This document shows positions 1-9,523 of a DNA stretch of 64,000 bases, one piece after another (positions within the stretch are counted from its first letter, which is position 1; every line of letters begins with the position of its first letter). Origin of the DNA: Planctomycetota bacterium (GTDB taxonomy: Bacteria; Planctomycetota; UBA1135; UBA2386). Position numbers and translations under genes: made by a program. The DNA is taken from assembly GCA_965223545.1 (NCBI GenBank), contig OZ245006.1, forward strand, positions 4,576,001 to 4,640,000, in the 5' to 3' direction. The notes below the pieces were generated by a model that had not been told where the DNA came from, ran no database searches, and saw only the letters and a program-made list of their open reading frames with translations.

Positions 1-646
1 GGCCGACCTCGTGGGCGGCGTGCAGCGCGCGCGCGGCCGATTCGATCACCGCCACCGCATGGCGCCAGCCGGCGGGCTCGCCGGCGCGGCCGGTGTCGAG
101 TGCACCCGCCTGCTCGATGGCGGCCAACCGGGCGGCGAGGGTCTCGCCGGGTGCGAGCGCCATGGCGAGATACAGCACGCCGTCGGCTTCGCCGTGATCG
201 TGCACCGCGCACAAGCCGGGGTGGTCGAGCCGGGCCAGGACCGACGCTTCGCGATCGAACCGCTGTTGGCGGGCGCGCGAGGGCGCGGCATGGGCGGGCA
301 AGACCTTGAGCGCGACCTGGCGGCCGTCGCGGCTGTCGGTCGCCAGGTGCACCGCGGCCTGCGCGCCGCGGCCGAGCTCGCGCTCGAGGTGGTACGGACC
401 GATGCGGGTTCGTGCCGCGGGTTGCGCCGGTACGTCCGGCTCGGCCCGGGTGCCGAGCTCACCGATGATCGCGAGCTGCCGCCACCAGCGCCGGAAGCGA
501 TCGGCGCAGTCCGGGGCGCTGGCGCACAGAGTCTCGAGCTCGTGGGCGTTCGCCCCCGGGTGCTGCTCGAGCCACGCGGCGAATCGTCGCCGCGCAGACG
601 CCGTGCCGTCGGCGTCGGCCATTGGGTCGGGTGCGGCGTCCGGCAT
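1..646 (-). CDS. Ser/Thr protein kinase, N-terminal part (runs off the window start)
   Basis: Not in the ORF track; manual translation from ATG 646 gives MPDAAPDPMADADG...IGPYHLERELGRGAQAAVHLATD...VALKVL...RFDREASILARLDHPGLCAVHD, i.e. the N-terminal Hanks kinase subdomains. Confidence 0.88.
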   Translation of the reverse strand, partial: MPDAAPDPMADADGTASARRRFAAWLEQHPGANAHELETLCASAPDCADRFRRWWRQLAIIGELGTRAEPDVPAQPAARTRIGPYHLERELGRGAQAAVHLATDSRDGRQVALKVLPAHAAPSRARQQRFDREASVLARLDHPGLCAVHDHGEADGVLYLAMALAPGETLAARLAAIEQAGALDTGRAGEPAGWRHAVAVIESAARALHAAHEVG

Positions 647-673
647 CGCCGCCGTGGGTCAAAGGTGCCGGGA

Positions 674-871
674 TCAGGAAGTCTCGCGAGCGGGGTCGGT
701 CGCGTCCAGCTCTTCCTCGGTCGGCTCGGGCGGCGGCAGCCGGAAGACGAAACGGACGATGCGCTTGACGCGGGTGGTGATCCAGCGCCAACCAATCAGG
801 AGGAAGCCGGCGATGGCAACGAAGACCGAAGTGACCGGTGCGATGGACTCGGGGCCGATGTACGCGATCAT
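674..871 (-). CDS. Small single-pass membrane protein (65 aa)
   Basis: MIAYIGPESIAPVTSVFVAIAGFLLIGWRWITTRVKR: hydrophobic helix plus basic tail; same strand and directly upstream of the kinase. Confidence 0.6.
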   Translation of the reverse strand: MIAYIGPESIAPVTSVFVAIAGFLLIGWRWITTRVKRIVRFVFRLPPPEPTEEELDATDPARETS

Positions 872-1089
872 GGAAAGCTGATAGGGCGAGAAGTGGCCTT
901 GCAGATGTGCAGGGCGGACAAGGGTCGGGGAATCGTAGCTCGCCCCGCCGGCCGTGCAACCTGCCCGGCTTGCGGGGGAGTGCTGAGCGGTGGCCACAAA
1001 CCCCGGTGAGAAGGGGGGTTGACCGACGCTGGGAATCGGCTGCAGGTGGCTGTTTCTAAAGCGGCCCGGGCGTGGACGATGGGCGCGCC

Positions 1090-1881
1090 ATGACCGATAC
1101 GGACCTCACCACTCTCGCCGTCGAGCGCGATGGCGCCGTGCTGCGCGTGTTTCTCGACCGCCCCGGCGTGCGCAACGCCTTCAACGGGGTCGTCGTCGAC
1201 GAGCTGACGCGCGTGTTCACCGGCGCCAGCGACGATCCCGCCGTGCGCGTGGTCGTGCTCGCGGGGCGGGGCAAGAGCTTCAGTGCCGGCGCGGACCTGC
1301 AGTGGATGCGCGAGCAGGGCAACCTCGAGCCCGAGGCGAGCGAGGCGGACACGGCCAAGATGGCGCGCGCGTTCCTCTCCATCGCGCGCTGCGCCAAGCC
1401 GGTGGTCGCGCGGATCCACGGCCACGCCCTCGGCGGGGGCAGCGGCCTGACCGCGGCTGCCGACATCGCGCTGTGCGCACAGGACACGGTGTTCGGGCTC
1501 ACCGAGGTCAAGCTCGGCATCGTGCCGGCGGTGATCTCGCCGTTCGTCATGCAGAAGATCGGTGCCGGTCGAGCGCGCACGCTGTTCCTCACCGGCGAAC
1601 GCTTCGACGGAGTGGAAGCCGAACGCATCGGCTTGGTGCACAAGGCGGTGCCGCTCGATCGGCTCGACGCCGAAGTCGACCGCACGGTCGGCGAGCTCCT
1701 GAGCGCGGGCCCGGCCGCGGTGGCGAGCGCGAAAGAGCTGATCCGCACCGTCGCACCGCTCGACCTCGAAGCGGCGATCCCCGTCACCGCCCGCTGGATC
1801 GCGGCCCTCCGCGCGACCCCCGAAGCCCAGGAGGGAATGAGCGCCTTCCTCAACAAGCGCAAGCCCGCGTGGCTGGCGTGA
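1090..1881 (+). CDS. Enoyl-CoA hydratase/crotonase (methylglutaconyl-CoA hydratase-like)
   Basis: Crotonase motifs FSAGADL, HGHALGGG, FGLTEVKLGIVP, C-terminal EGMSAFLNKRKP. Confidence 0.93.
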   Translation: MTDTDLTTLAVERDGAVLRVFLDRPGVRNAFNGVVVDELTRVFTGASDDPAVRVVVLAGRGKSFSAGADLQWMREQGNLEPEASEADTAKMARAFLSIARCAKPVVARIHGHALGGGSGLTAAADIALCAQDTVFGLTEVKLGIVPAVISPFVMQKIGAGRARTLFLTGERFDGVEAERIGLVHKAVPLDRLDAEVDRTVGELLSAGPAAVASAKELIRTVAPLDLEAAIPVTARWIAALRATPEAQEGMSAFLNKRKPAWLA

Positions 1882-1909
1882 AGGTACGGAGCCTGACTCC
1901 GTACCTTCA
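1879..1909. terminator. Perfect 13-bp hairpin between convergent genes, probable bidirectional terminator
   Basis: TGAAGGTACGGAG-CCTGA-CTCCGTACCTTCA; the outer triplets are the two stop codons. Confidence 0.6.
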
Positions 1910-3673
1910 GAACACCACGCGGGAGACGATGTCCGACACCTCGAAGGGCAGGGTCGGGGTGGTTGGGTCGAACGTGACGGCCTGCCAGTGGAGCGGCGGG
2001 ATCGGTACTCCTGACGGCAGGTTGATCTGATAGCTCGCGGTGCCGGTGCGGTCGGCCGTGGTGAGGCCGAAGTTGGCGATGGCGTTGAACTGCGCGCCGA
2101 TCCCGAGGCTGAGGACGCCGGGTACCGTGCTGGGTTGCAGCGAGCTCGAGGCCAACAGCGTGGACTGCCAGCCGGCGTCCGTGTGGACGAGGATCGGGGC
2201 AGGCGTGCCGCGCAGGAAGAACACCGGCGTTGTGATCTGGCTCGGGTGGTTGCCGGTGATGTTGAGCGTCAGGCTGTTGCTCGGCGAGCGCCGGTTGATG
2301 GCGACGACCGGGTGAGTGCCGATGGGGAACGGGCTCGGTGGGCGGAGCTGGATCGTCGTGGGATCGACGATCGAAAACCCGACCTGCTGTCCGCCGATGC
2401 GCAGTATCAGGACCGTGTCGAGCTCCTGGCCGCGGAGCGTGACGATCGGCGGCGCGTGCGAGGGCGTGGTGGAGGGAGTCGCCGACGTCAGCGTCGGCGG
2501 TGGGCCCGACGAGGGGACGCAGAAGAGAGTGTTGCGGAAGGCGAGGATGCCGGCAGCCACGGCGGGACTGAAGCCGGTCAGGATGCCGGAGCATCCGCCC
2601 AGCCTCGAGCACATGATCGCGCAGGACGAGCTGGTGTTGCAGTGGTTGGCGGCCCAGTTGTGGCCGAGTTCGTGCGCAGTGAGTGCGACCCGCGCTGAGA
2701 AGTTCGTGGTATAGCGCGACCACGAGAGCGCGTACGCCGAGGCAATCGCGCAGACGACGCCCAATTCGGCGATGCCGATGACGCTCGACGTGAGCGCTCG
2801 GCCGGTGAACAGGTGCGCAACGTCGCGTTGGACGCCCGTGTGCTGGTTGTTCCAGCGGTAGGAGAACGCGTTGAGAAGATCCGACGGTTGGCTGGCAAAG
2901 TAGGTCGGCGTCGTCCGCACGATGATCGCGGTGATGGTGTAGGTGATCTCGCAGTCGCGCTGGTAGATCACGTCGATCGCGTTCATCACCGTCATCAGGT
3001 CGTTCTGCACCGCGGTCGTCGAGCCCCCCAGTTGGCGGTAGTACGGCTCGTCCGCATCGAGGGCGATCTCGCAAACATCGATGGTGCCGGTGCGCGTGGT
3101 CGTCACGAGTCCCGACGGCGGTGGCGGCACCGACAGCCGGCGCTGCATGAAGTCGGTGACGCCGCACGTGTACTGCGGGCCGTCGTACGCCGATGCGCGG
3201 TAGACCAGATGCAGATCGGCCGGGCTGCCTGGCAGCGCATCGTGCAGTGGTTGAATGCCGAAGGTCTTGCCGTCGACGTGCACGGTCGCGGTCAGCCGGC
3301 CGGCGATGAGACTCGCCGCGACCGGCGCGGCATCGACTCCCGCGACCCGGCCACGGTAGGTGACCGACGGTGGCGCCGGGACCTCGGTCAGTCCCTTGCC
3401 GTCGTCGACGAGCAGCTTGAAGTCTGGCGCGCGCAGGTCGTGCGGGCGCAGCTCCAGTCGGCGCAGCGTGCCGTCGAGCAGCACGTTGGTCGTCACGACC
3501 CCGTCGCGGTGGTCGAAGGTCAACGACTGCACCGTGCCGTCGCGCAGATGCAGCGCGGCGAGCAGGTCGGCGGGCGGAGTGATCGGGCCCTGCGCGACAA
3601 CGCCGCAGGGACTGATGGCCATGGCGAGCGCGGCGACGAGCGCAGCCGTCGACCGAAAAGGGCGTAGATGCAT
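1907..3673 (-). CDS. Secreted M12B/reprolysin-like zinc metalloprotease with IPT/TIG domain and shared C-terminal domain
   Basis: Signal peptide MHLRPFRSTAALVAALAMA..AQ; prodomain CGV; HELGHNWAANH zinc motif; Met-turn CAIMC; TIG-like PTLTSATP..VTLRG. Confidence 0.88.
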   Translation of the reverse strand: MHLRPFRSTAALVAALAMAISPCGVVAQGPITPPADLLAALHLRDGTVQSLTFDHRDGVVTTNVLLDGTLRRLELRPHDLRAPDFKLLVDDGKGLTEVPAPPSVTYRGRVAGVDAAPVAASLIAGRLTATVHVDGKTFGIQPLHDALPGSPADLHLVYRASAYDGPQYTCGVTDFMQRRLSVPPPPSGLVTTTRTGTIDVCEIALDADEPYYRQLGGSTTAVQNDLMTVMNAIDVIYQRDCEITYTITAIIVRTTPTYFASQPSDLLNAFSYRWNNQHTGVQRDVAHLFTGRALTSSVIGIAELGVVCAIASAYALSWSRYTTNFSARVALTAHELGHNWAANHCNTSSSCAIMCSRLGGCSGILTGFSPAVAAGILAFRNTLFCVPSSGPPPTLTSATPSTTPSHAPPIVTLRGQELDTVLILRIGGQQVGFSIVDPTTIQLRPPSPFPIGTHPVVAINRRSPSNSLTLNITGNHPSQITTPVFFLRGTPAPILVHTDAGWQSTLLASSSLQPSTVPGVLSLGIGAQFNAIANFGLTTADRTGTASYQINLPSGVPIPPLHWQAVTFDPTTPTLPFEVSDIVSRVVF

Positions 3674-3835
3674 GGGGAACAACGGGTCGGGCCGCCGCAG
3701 CTTGGGGGGCGCGGCCGAGACCGTCAAGCCGGGAGCGCCGCGGACCTGCAGGCGGCGGCGGCGCTGCGCCGCACCCGTCGGTGCCATGGCCGCGCTTGAC
3801 CGCGCCGACCCGTTCGGCTCGTCTGCCGCCAGGTC

Positions 3836-5065
3836 ATGACCACCGCGACCGCCGCCGGCAGCCCGAGCTCCTCCCGCGTGGTGTTGTTGGGAGCCATCGC
3901 CCTCCTCTTGTTGGTGCCGGTCACCCTGCCCGTGCCGGTGCTGCGCGGCCTGGTGCAGGAGCGGTTCTTGGTCTCGGACTTGCTCACCGCGTGCTTCATG
4001 TCGATCAACATGGTCGGCGCGGTGCTCGCCGCACCGATCGCGGGAATGCTCGCCGACCGCGGTGGCCGCCGCGCGCGGTGGATCGCGGCGGCGCTGGTGA
4101 TCGACGCGGCCTGCTTCGCGGCGATGACCGCCGACCTCACCTTCGCCGCGTTCTTGGCGATCCGCTTCGTCGAGGGGTGTGCGCACATCGTCGCGCTGTC
4201 GCTGCTGCTGTCGTTGGCGGCCGCCAGCTCCGGACCCGAGCGGCGCGGCCGCGTGATGGGTGCGGTGGGCGCCGGACTCACGCTGGGGGTCGCGCTCGGC
4301 GCACCGCTCGGCGGGGCGTTGGGGCGGGACGATGCGCTGCAGCCGCTGCGCGCCGGGGCGATCGTCTGTCTCGCCACGGCTGCGCTGGTGCTCGTCGTGT
4401 TGCCGGACGTGCGCTCCACTTCGCGGCGGCCCAGCTTGCGGGCGATCGTGGCGACCCTGCGCCGCGAGCGCGGGCTCTGGGCGCCGCTGTCGTTCGCCTT
4501 CGCCGATCGATTCACCGTCGGCTTCTTCACCACGGTCTTTCCGCTCTACGTGCAGCGCGTGCACGCCCTGCCGGTCGAGCGCGTCGGATTGTTGCTGGGG
4601 TTGTTCTTGGGGCCGTTCGCCCTGCTGTCATACCCGGCTGGCCGACTGGCCGAACGGCGGGTGCCGGCGCATCTGGTGATCGCCGGCAGTGCGATCTACG
4701 GCGCGTTGGTGGTGACGCTGGGGTGGTGGCCGTCGTCGGCATTGCCGTACTTGATGGTCGGCCTCGGCGTGACGTCGGCAGTGATGTTCGTGCCCTGCCT
4801 GATCAGCACCAGCGAGGCGGTCTCCGGCGACGTGCGCTCGACGGCGCTGGGCGCGTTCAACGCCGCGGGGTCGCTCGGCTTCATCGTCGGACCGCTGGTC
4901 GGTGGCATGGTGGCGCAGGAGGTCGGGGCCGTGCACGGTCTGCACCAGGGCTACCGGATGTCGTTCGTCGTCGCCGGGCTTGCCGAGCTGTTGTGCGTGC
5001 TGCTTGCCGGCCGTGCGTTGTTGCGCGCGGCGAGGCTGCGGGGTCGCGCGGCGCCCGGCCGATGA
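3836..5065 (+). CDS. MFS transporter
   Basis: About 12 hydrophobic segments; motif A GMLADRGGRR. Confidence 0.9.
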   Translation: MTTATAAGSPSSSRVVLLGAIALLLLVPVTLPVPVLRGLVQERFLVSDLLTACFMSINMVGAVLAAPIAGMLADRGGRRARWIAAALVIDAACFAAMTADLTFAAFLAIRFVEGCAHIVALSLLLSLAAASSGPERRGRVMGAVGAGLTLGVALGAPLGGALGRDDALQPLRAGAIVCLATAALVLVVLPDVRSTSRRPSLRAIVATLRRERGLWAPLSFAFADRFTVGFFTTVFPLYVQRVHALPVERVGLLLGLFLGPFALLSYPAGRLAERRVPAHLVIAGSAIYGALVVTLGWWPSSALPYLMVGLGVTSAVMFVPCLISTSEAVSGDVRSTALGAFNAAGSLGFIVGPLVGGMVAQEVGAVHGLHQGYRMSFVVAGLAELLCVLLAGRALLRAARLRGRAAPGR

Positions 5066-5101
5066 ACCCCACTCGAGAATGGTCTACAGTCGCCGGTCGC
5101 C

Positions 5102-6331
5102 ATGAACCCGACCGACACCGACACGCAGTCTGCTGCCGCCCGCCTGCTCGCGCTCGAAGAACGCTACGCCGCGCACAACTACCATCCGCTCGACGTCGTC
5201 CTCAGCCGCGCCGAGGGCCCTTGGGTCTGGGACGTCGACGGCAGGCGCTACCTGGACTGTCTGTCGGCGTACTCCGCGGTCAACCAGGGCCACAACCACC
5301 CGCGCATCGTCGCCGCGCTCGTGGAGCAGGCGCAAAAGCTGGCGCTGACGTCGCGGGCGTTTCGCAACGACCGCTTCGGCCCGTTCTGCGAGAAGCTGTG
5401 CGGGCTGCTGGGCTTCGACCGCGTGTTGATGATGAACACCGGCGCAGAAGCGGTGGAGACCGCGATCAAGGCGGCGCGCAAGTGGGGCTACGAGATCAAG
5501 GGTGTGGCGCCGGGTGCTGCCAAGATCATCGTCTTCGACGGCAACTTTCACGGCCGCACGACGACGATCGTCGGCTTCTCCGATGACCCGCTGGCCAACA
5601 GCGGCTACGGGCCGTTCGCGCCGGGCTTCGTCAGCGTGCCGTACGGCGACGCGGACGCCGTCGAGCAGGCTTTCGACGACGATGTGGTCGCGGTGCTGGT
5701 CGAGCCGATCCAGGGCGAGGGCGGCGTCGTCATGCCGCCAGCGGAGTTCCTGCCGAAGCTGCGCGCACTCTGCGACGCGCGGCAGGCCCTGTTGATCTGC
5801 GACGAGATCCAGTCCGGCTTGGGGCGTGCCGGGGAGTGGTTGGCGCACACCGCCGCGGGGGTGCGCGCCGACGCGGTCACCATCGGCAAGGCGCTCTCGG
5901 GTGGGCTGTATCCGGTTTCCGCCTTCCTCGCGAGCGAAGCGGTGATGGCGGTCTTCACGCCGGGCACCCACGGCTCGACCTACGGCGGCAACCCGCTGGC
6001 CTGCGCGGTCGCCGAAGCCGCGTGCGATGTGCTCGTCGAGGAGCGGTTGGTGGAGCGCTCGGCCGAGCTGGGGGCGTGGTTCCTGGATGCCCTGGCCGGC
6101 CTCGGTGCGGACACGGTTGCCGAGGTGCGCGGCGCCGGGCTGTGGGCCGGCGTCCAGCTGCTGGAGGAAGCCGGCGGAGCCCGTCGCTACTGCGAAGCGC
6201 TGCGCCGCGAGGGCATCCTCGCCAAGGAGACCCATGTCCACACCATCCGCTTCGCGCCGCCGCTGGTGATCGAGCGCGCCGATCTCGAATGGGCCGTCGA
6301 CCGCATCGGCACCGTGCTGAACGGCGGCTGA
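5102..6331 (+). CDS. rocD: Ornithine--oxo-acid aminotransferase
   Basis: AHNYHPL, YSAVNQGH, NFHGRT, EPIQGEGG, DEIQSGLGR, GKALSGG, HGSTYGGNP. Confidence 0.95.
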   Translation: MNPTDTDTQSAAARLLALEERYAAHNYHPLDVVLSRAEGPWVWDVDGRRYLDCLSAYSAVNQGHNHPRIVAALVEQAQKLALTSRAFRNDRFGPFCEKLCGLLGFDRVLMMNTGAEAVETAIKAARKWGYEIKGVAPGAAKIIVFDGNFHGRTTTIVGFSDDPLANSGYGPFAPGFVSVPYGDADAVEQAFDDDVVAVLVEPIQGEGGVVMPPAEFLPKLRALCDARQALLICDEIQSGLGRAGEWLAHTAAGVRADAVTIGKALSGGLYPVSAFLASEAVMAVFTPGTHGSTYGGNPLACAVAEAACDVLVEERLVERSAELGAWFLDALAGLGADTVAEVRGAGLWAGVQLLEEAGGARRYCEALRREGILAKETHVHTIRFAPPLVIERADLEWAVDRIGTVLNGG

Positions 6332-6337
6332 ACGCGC

Positions 6338-9229
6338 TCAGCGCAGCTCGAGCCGCACCGTCTGCGGCGGCGCCGCCGCGTCGACGTGCAGTGTCCGTTC
6401 GGCGCGCAGGCCGCCGGCCTCGACCAGCACGGTGTAGCTGCCCGGCGCCAGTGCGCAGTCGAGCTGCGCGCTGGCCCGGCCCCGGGTGTTGTGGATCCGC
6501 GCCACGACCGGGCGCCCATCCGCGACCACGCGAAACCGCACGTCGTGCATCCCCTCGCTCGGCAGGGCGGCCTGCAGCGTGTGTGGAATGCCGGCGGCGA
6601 TGGACAGTGCGGCAGTCGTCTCCCGGCCGGCGACCACCTCGACCGGTACGGATGCGGCGGCCGCGCCCGTGCCGGTCAGTGCCATTCGGTAGCGGCCCGG
6701 CGGCGCCAGGTCCGACACCAGCGCACCGTCGCGCTCGCGCATGGATGCGATGAAGGCACCGTCGTCGAACAGGCTGACGTAGGCCTTCTCCGGCAGCGGG
6801 GCGTCGAGAGGCACGCGCACCGTGCCGCCTTCCACCAGCTGGAGGACGCCCACGTCCCAGGTTTCTTCCGACGCGAGCGCGCGCCACGGTGTGCGCAGAG
6901 TCGGGTAGTCGTCGCTGCGGACCACGAGGCGGTAGGTTCCCGGCTGCAATCGCTCCATCGAGAACGCGCCCGTGTCGGCGTCGGTGGTGTCGACGCGTCC
7001 GCCGGTGGCTCCGCGCTTCGACGGGGACACGCGGACGTTGGCTGCCGGAGTGCCGTCCGGTCGGAGCACGACGCCGCGGATGCCGGCGTCGGCGACCAGC
7101 CTCTGACCCGCCACGACCAGCGGCCCGGCGCGCGGGTCGACCGCGCTGCGCTGCACGGTCTCCAGATGGCGGCTGCGGATGGTGATCTCCAAAGTCCCGT
7201 TCTCGGGGCAGTTGGCGACCTCGAACGAGCCGTCCGGTTCGGTGTATGCATGCCCCCACCAGCGGGTGCCGGGGTCGCTGGGCCGCGCCTCGACGATCGC
7301 ACTCGCGACCGGCTCGCCGCCTGCCGTCACGCGGCCGCGCAGCACGACGCCGCGCGACAACACGGGGCTCCATTCGACGGTCTCGCCGTGGACGAGCTGC
7401 AGCGTGGCGGCGGCCTTGCCGTGGTCGTCGTGCGCGGCGCGGACCTCGACCGCGCCGGCGCTGCCGCCTTCGAGGGTGAAGCGGCCGTCGCGATCGGTGA
7501 AGGTGCGCAGGTGCTCCGGCTGTCCCCATTCGCCGGCTTCCACCTCGACGCGGCGCAGTGGGTTGCCGTCGGCGTCCGTCACGGTCCCCGCGCAGCGAGG
7601 TGCCAAGTCGAGGGAGACGTCGACGCTGACGTCGGCCAGCTCGACCGCGTGCACGGTCCCCCGCCAGACGGCGAAGCCTTCCGCCCGTACCGCGACGCGC
7701 TGCTCTCCGGCGGCGACGCCGACGACCTGAAACTCACCTTCACTGTCGGTGCGGACCTCGGCCGGCCACGGCTTGCTCTCCCGGCTGCCGGCCAGTCCGC
7801 GGAACTCGCCATCGCCCAACCAGACGATCGCCCCGGCCACCGGCGCGCCGGTCGGCGAGCGCACGATGCCGCGCACCGTGCCGCCGCGCTGATCCATGAC
7901 CAGGCGCACCTCGAGGACTCCGCCGCGGCTGCCGCTGCTGTAGCGCAGCGGCGTCGCTGCGTAGCCCGCCGCCCGCGCGGCGATGTGGAAGGCGTGCGGG
8001 ACCGCGCGGATCGAGAAGCGACCCGCCGCGTCGGTGGTCGTCGCGCGCTCGATACCGCGGTCCGAGCGGGCGAGCGGGGCGGTGTAGACCTCGGCGCCAC
8101 CGATGCCGACCCCGTCGGCGTCGACCACCACGCCCTTCACCGTCAACCCACCTTCCAGGGTGACTTCGAGATCCGAAGTCTCGCCGGGGGTGATCTCGAA
8201 GCGGTGCATCTCCGGCTCTCGGGTGAACTCGGCCACGCCGGCCCCGCCGGGGAGTTCGGTGAACGTCGCGATCCCGGCGCCGTCGGTGCGCGCGCGCAGC
8301 TCGCCGTAGGCACGGTCGACCAGGCCGCGGTGCGTGATCAGTACCAGGACGTCGTCCGCGGGGGTGCCGTCGGCGTACTGCAAGACGACGCGCAGGTCTC
8401 CGGTCATCGGCGCCGGCTCTTGTGCCGCTGTGGCGATGGCCGCGCGGCGTGTCGGCTCGGCGGGCGCGTCGGTGACGGGCCTTTGTGTGCCTGTCATCGC
8501 GGACGCTGGTGGCGGGGCCGCAGGCTGGCGTCCGGGATCGCCCGTCGGCGGAGTGCTGGTCGCGATCCAAAGCAGGCCTGCGGCGGCGGCGGCGCAGCCA
8601 CCGGTGAGGAGGAGAGTCTTGGTGTGCGTAGCCATGGCGAGCAAGCCGAACGTCGGCAGCGGGGAAACGGGTCGCGGCGCGGGCCCACGCCGGGTGAGCG
8701 GCGACAACGCCATCAACCACGCCTTGCGGTCGCCGCCGTGCGCGGCGTCGAGCCGCGCGCGCAGGCGCAGCAGCGCGTCGCGCAGACGGTTCCAAACGTG
8801 GCTCACCGGCAGGCCGAGCTCGGCGGCGATGCGGCGCGGTGGCAGTCCCTCGAAGTAGCGCAGGACGACGACGTCGCGCATCGGCGGCGGCAGACTGTCG
8901 ACCGCGGCCACCAGCGCCCGGCGCTGCTCTTCGCGTTCGGCCAGCTCGGCCGAAGAGGGGACCCGCTCGCGGGCCGCCGCGGTGCGTTCGCGCGCCGCGC
9001 GCCGCGCGCCCTCGCGCCGCGCATTGCTGGCGGCCCGCCGCGCGATGCGGGCCAGCCAGGAGCGCACGTCGCGGATCGGCGCTCGCCCGGCGGCGAGCGC
9101 CTGCAGAAACGTCTGTTGCACCAGGTCGTCGCCGTCGCCGGCCGCCAGGTCGCGCGCCAGCGCGCGCACGAACGGCGTCTCCCTGAGCAGCCGTTCGACG
9201 TCGACGGTGGAGCGCGAGATCATCACCAA
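6338..9229 (-). CDS. ECF sigma-70 factor fused to a TM helix and multiple carboxypeptidase-regulatory-like domains
   Basis: N-terminal sigma2 (DDLVQQTFL..WLARIAR) and sigma4 (VDSLP..RDVVVLRYFEGL..IAAELG); TM near aa 200-222; repeated G.V.DADG.P..GA.V / TD..GRF units. Confidence 0.88.
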   Translation of the reverse strand: MVMISRSTVDVERLLRETPFVRALARDLAAGDGDDLVQQTFLQALAAGRAPIRDVRSWLARIARRAASNARREGARRAARERTAAARERVPSSAELAEREEQRRALVAAVDSLPPPMRDVVVLRYFEGLPPRRIAAELGLPVSHVWNRLRDALLRLRARLDAAHGGDRKAWLMALSPLTRRGPAPRPVSPLPTFGLLAMATHTKTLLLTGGCAAAAAGLLWIATSTPPTGDPGRQPAAPPPASAMTGTQRPVTDAPAEPTRRAAIATAAQEPAPMTGDLRVVLQYADGTPADDVLVLITHRGLVDRAYGELRARTDGAGIATFTELPGGAGVAEFTREPEMHRFEITPGETSDLEVTLEGGLTVKGVVVDADGVGIGGAEVYTAPLARSDRGIERATTTDAAGRFSIRAVPHAFHIAARAAGYAATPLRYSSGSRGGVLEVRLVMDQRGGTVRGIVRSPTGAPVAGAIVWLGDGEFRGLAGSRESKPWPAEVRTDSEGEFQVVGVAAGEQRVAVRAEGFAVWRGTVHAVELADVSVDVSLDLAPRCAGTVTDADGNPLRRVEVEAGEWGQPEHLRTFTDRDGRFTLEGGSAGAVEVRAAHDDHGKAAATLQLVHGETVEWSPVLSRGVVLRGRVTAGGEPVASAIVEARPSDPGTRWWGHAYTEPDGSFEVANCPENGTLEITIRSRHLETVQRSAVDPRAGPLVVAGQRLVADAGIRGVVLRPDGTPAANVRVSPSKRGATGGRVDTTDADTGAFSMERLQPGTYRLVVRSDDYPTLRTPWRALASEETWDVGVLQLVEGGTVRVPLDAPLPEKAYVSLFDDGAFIASMRERDGALVSDLAPPGRYRMALTGTGAAAASVPVEVVAGRETTAALSIAAGIPHTLQAALPSEGMHDVRFRVVADGRPVVARIHNTRGRASAQLDCALAPGSYTVLVEAGGLRAERTLHVDAAAPPQTVRLELR

Positions 9230-9301
9230 CAGGACACCGCCGAGTCCGGATCCTGTACGCGATTCACGAGTTTGTCGCCACGCCGCCGTGCGAGCGAGGG
9301 T

Positions 9302-9439
9302 TCAGAGCAGGTGGCCCACCAGCAGCGAGGCGCCGGCGATCCCCGCCGCGATGAGCAGTAGGCCCAGGCCGGCGCGCACGATCGCCAGACCGAGACCGAT
9401 CTTGCGCAGAACGAACGATGGTTCGTGGTCCAGGCTCAT
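9302..9439 (-). CDS. Small hydrophobic membrane protein (45 aa)
   Basis: MSLDHEPSFVLRKIGLGLAIVRAGLGLLLIAAGIAGASLLVGHLL in an intergenic gap. Confidence 0.45.
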   Translation of the reverse strand: MSLDHEPSFVLRKIGLGLAIVRAGLGLLLIAAGIAGASLLVGHLL

Positions 9440-9523
9440 CGAGAAATGCAATCGTCCGGCGAGGGGGCATCGTAGCAAGTCCCGATGGACAGCGTCCGGG
9501 GCGGCCGTAGCGTTCGGAGCGTG

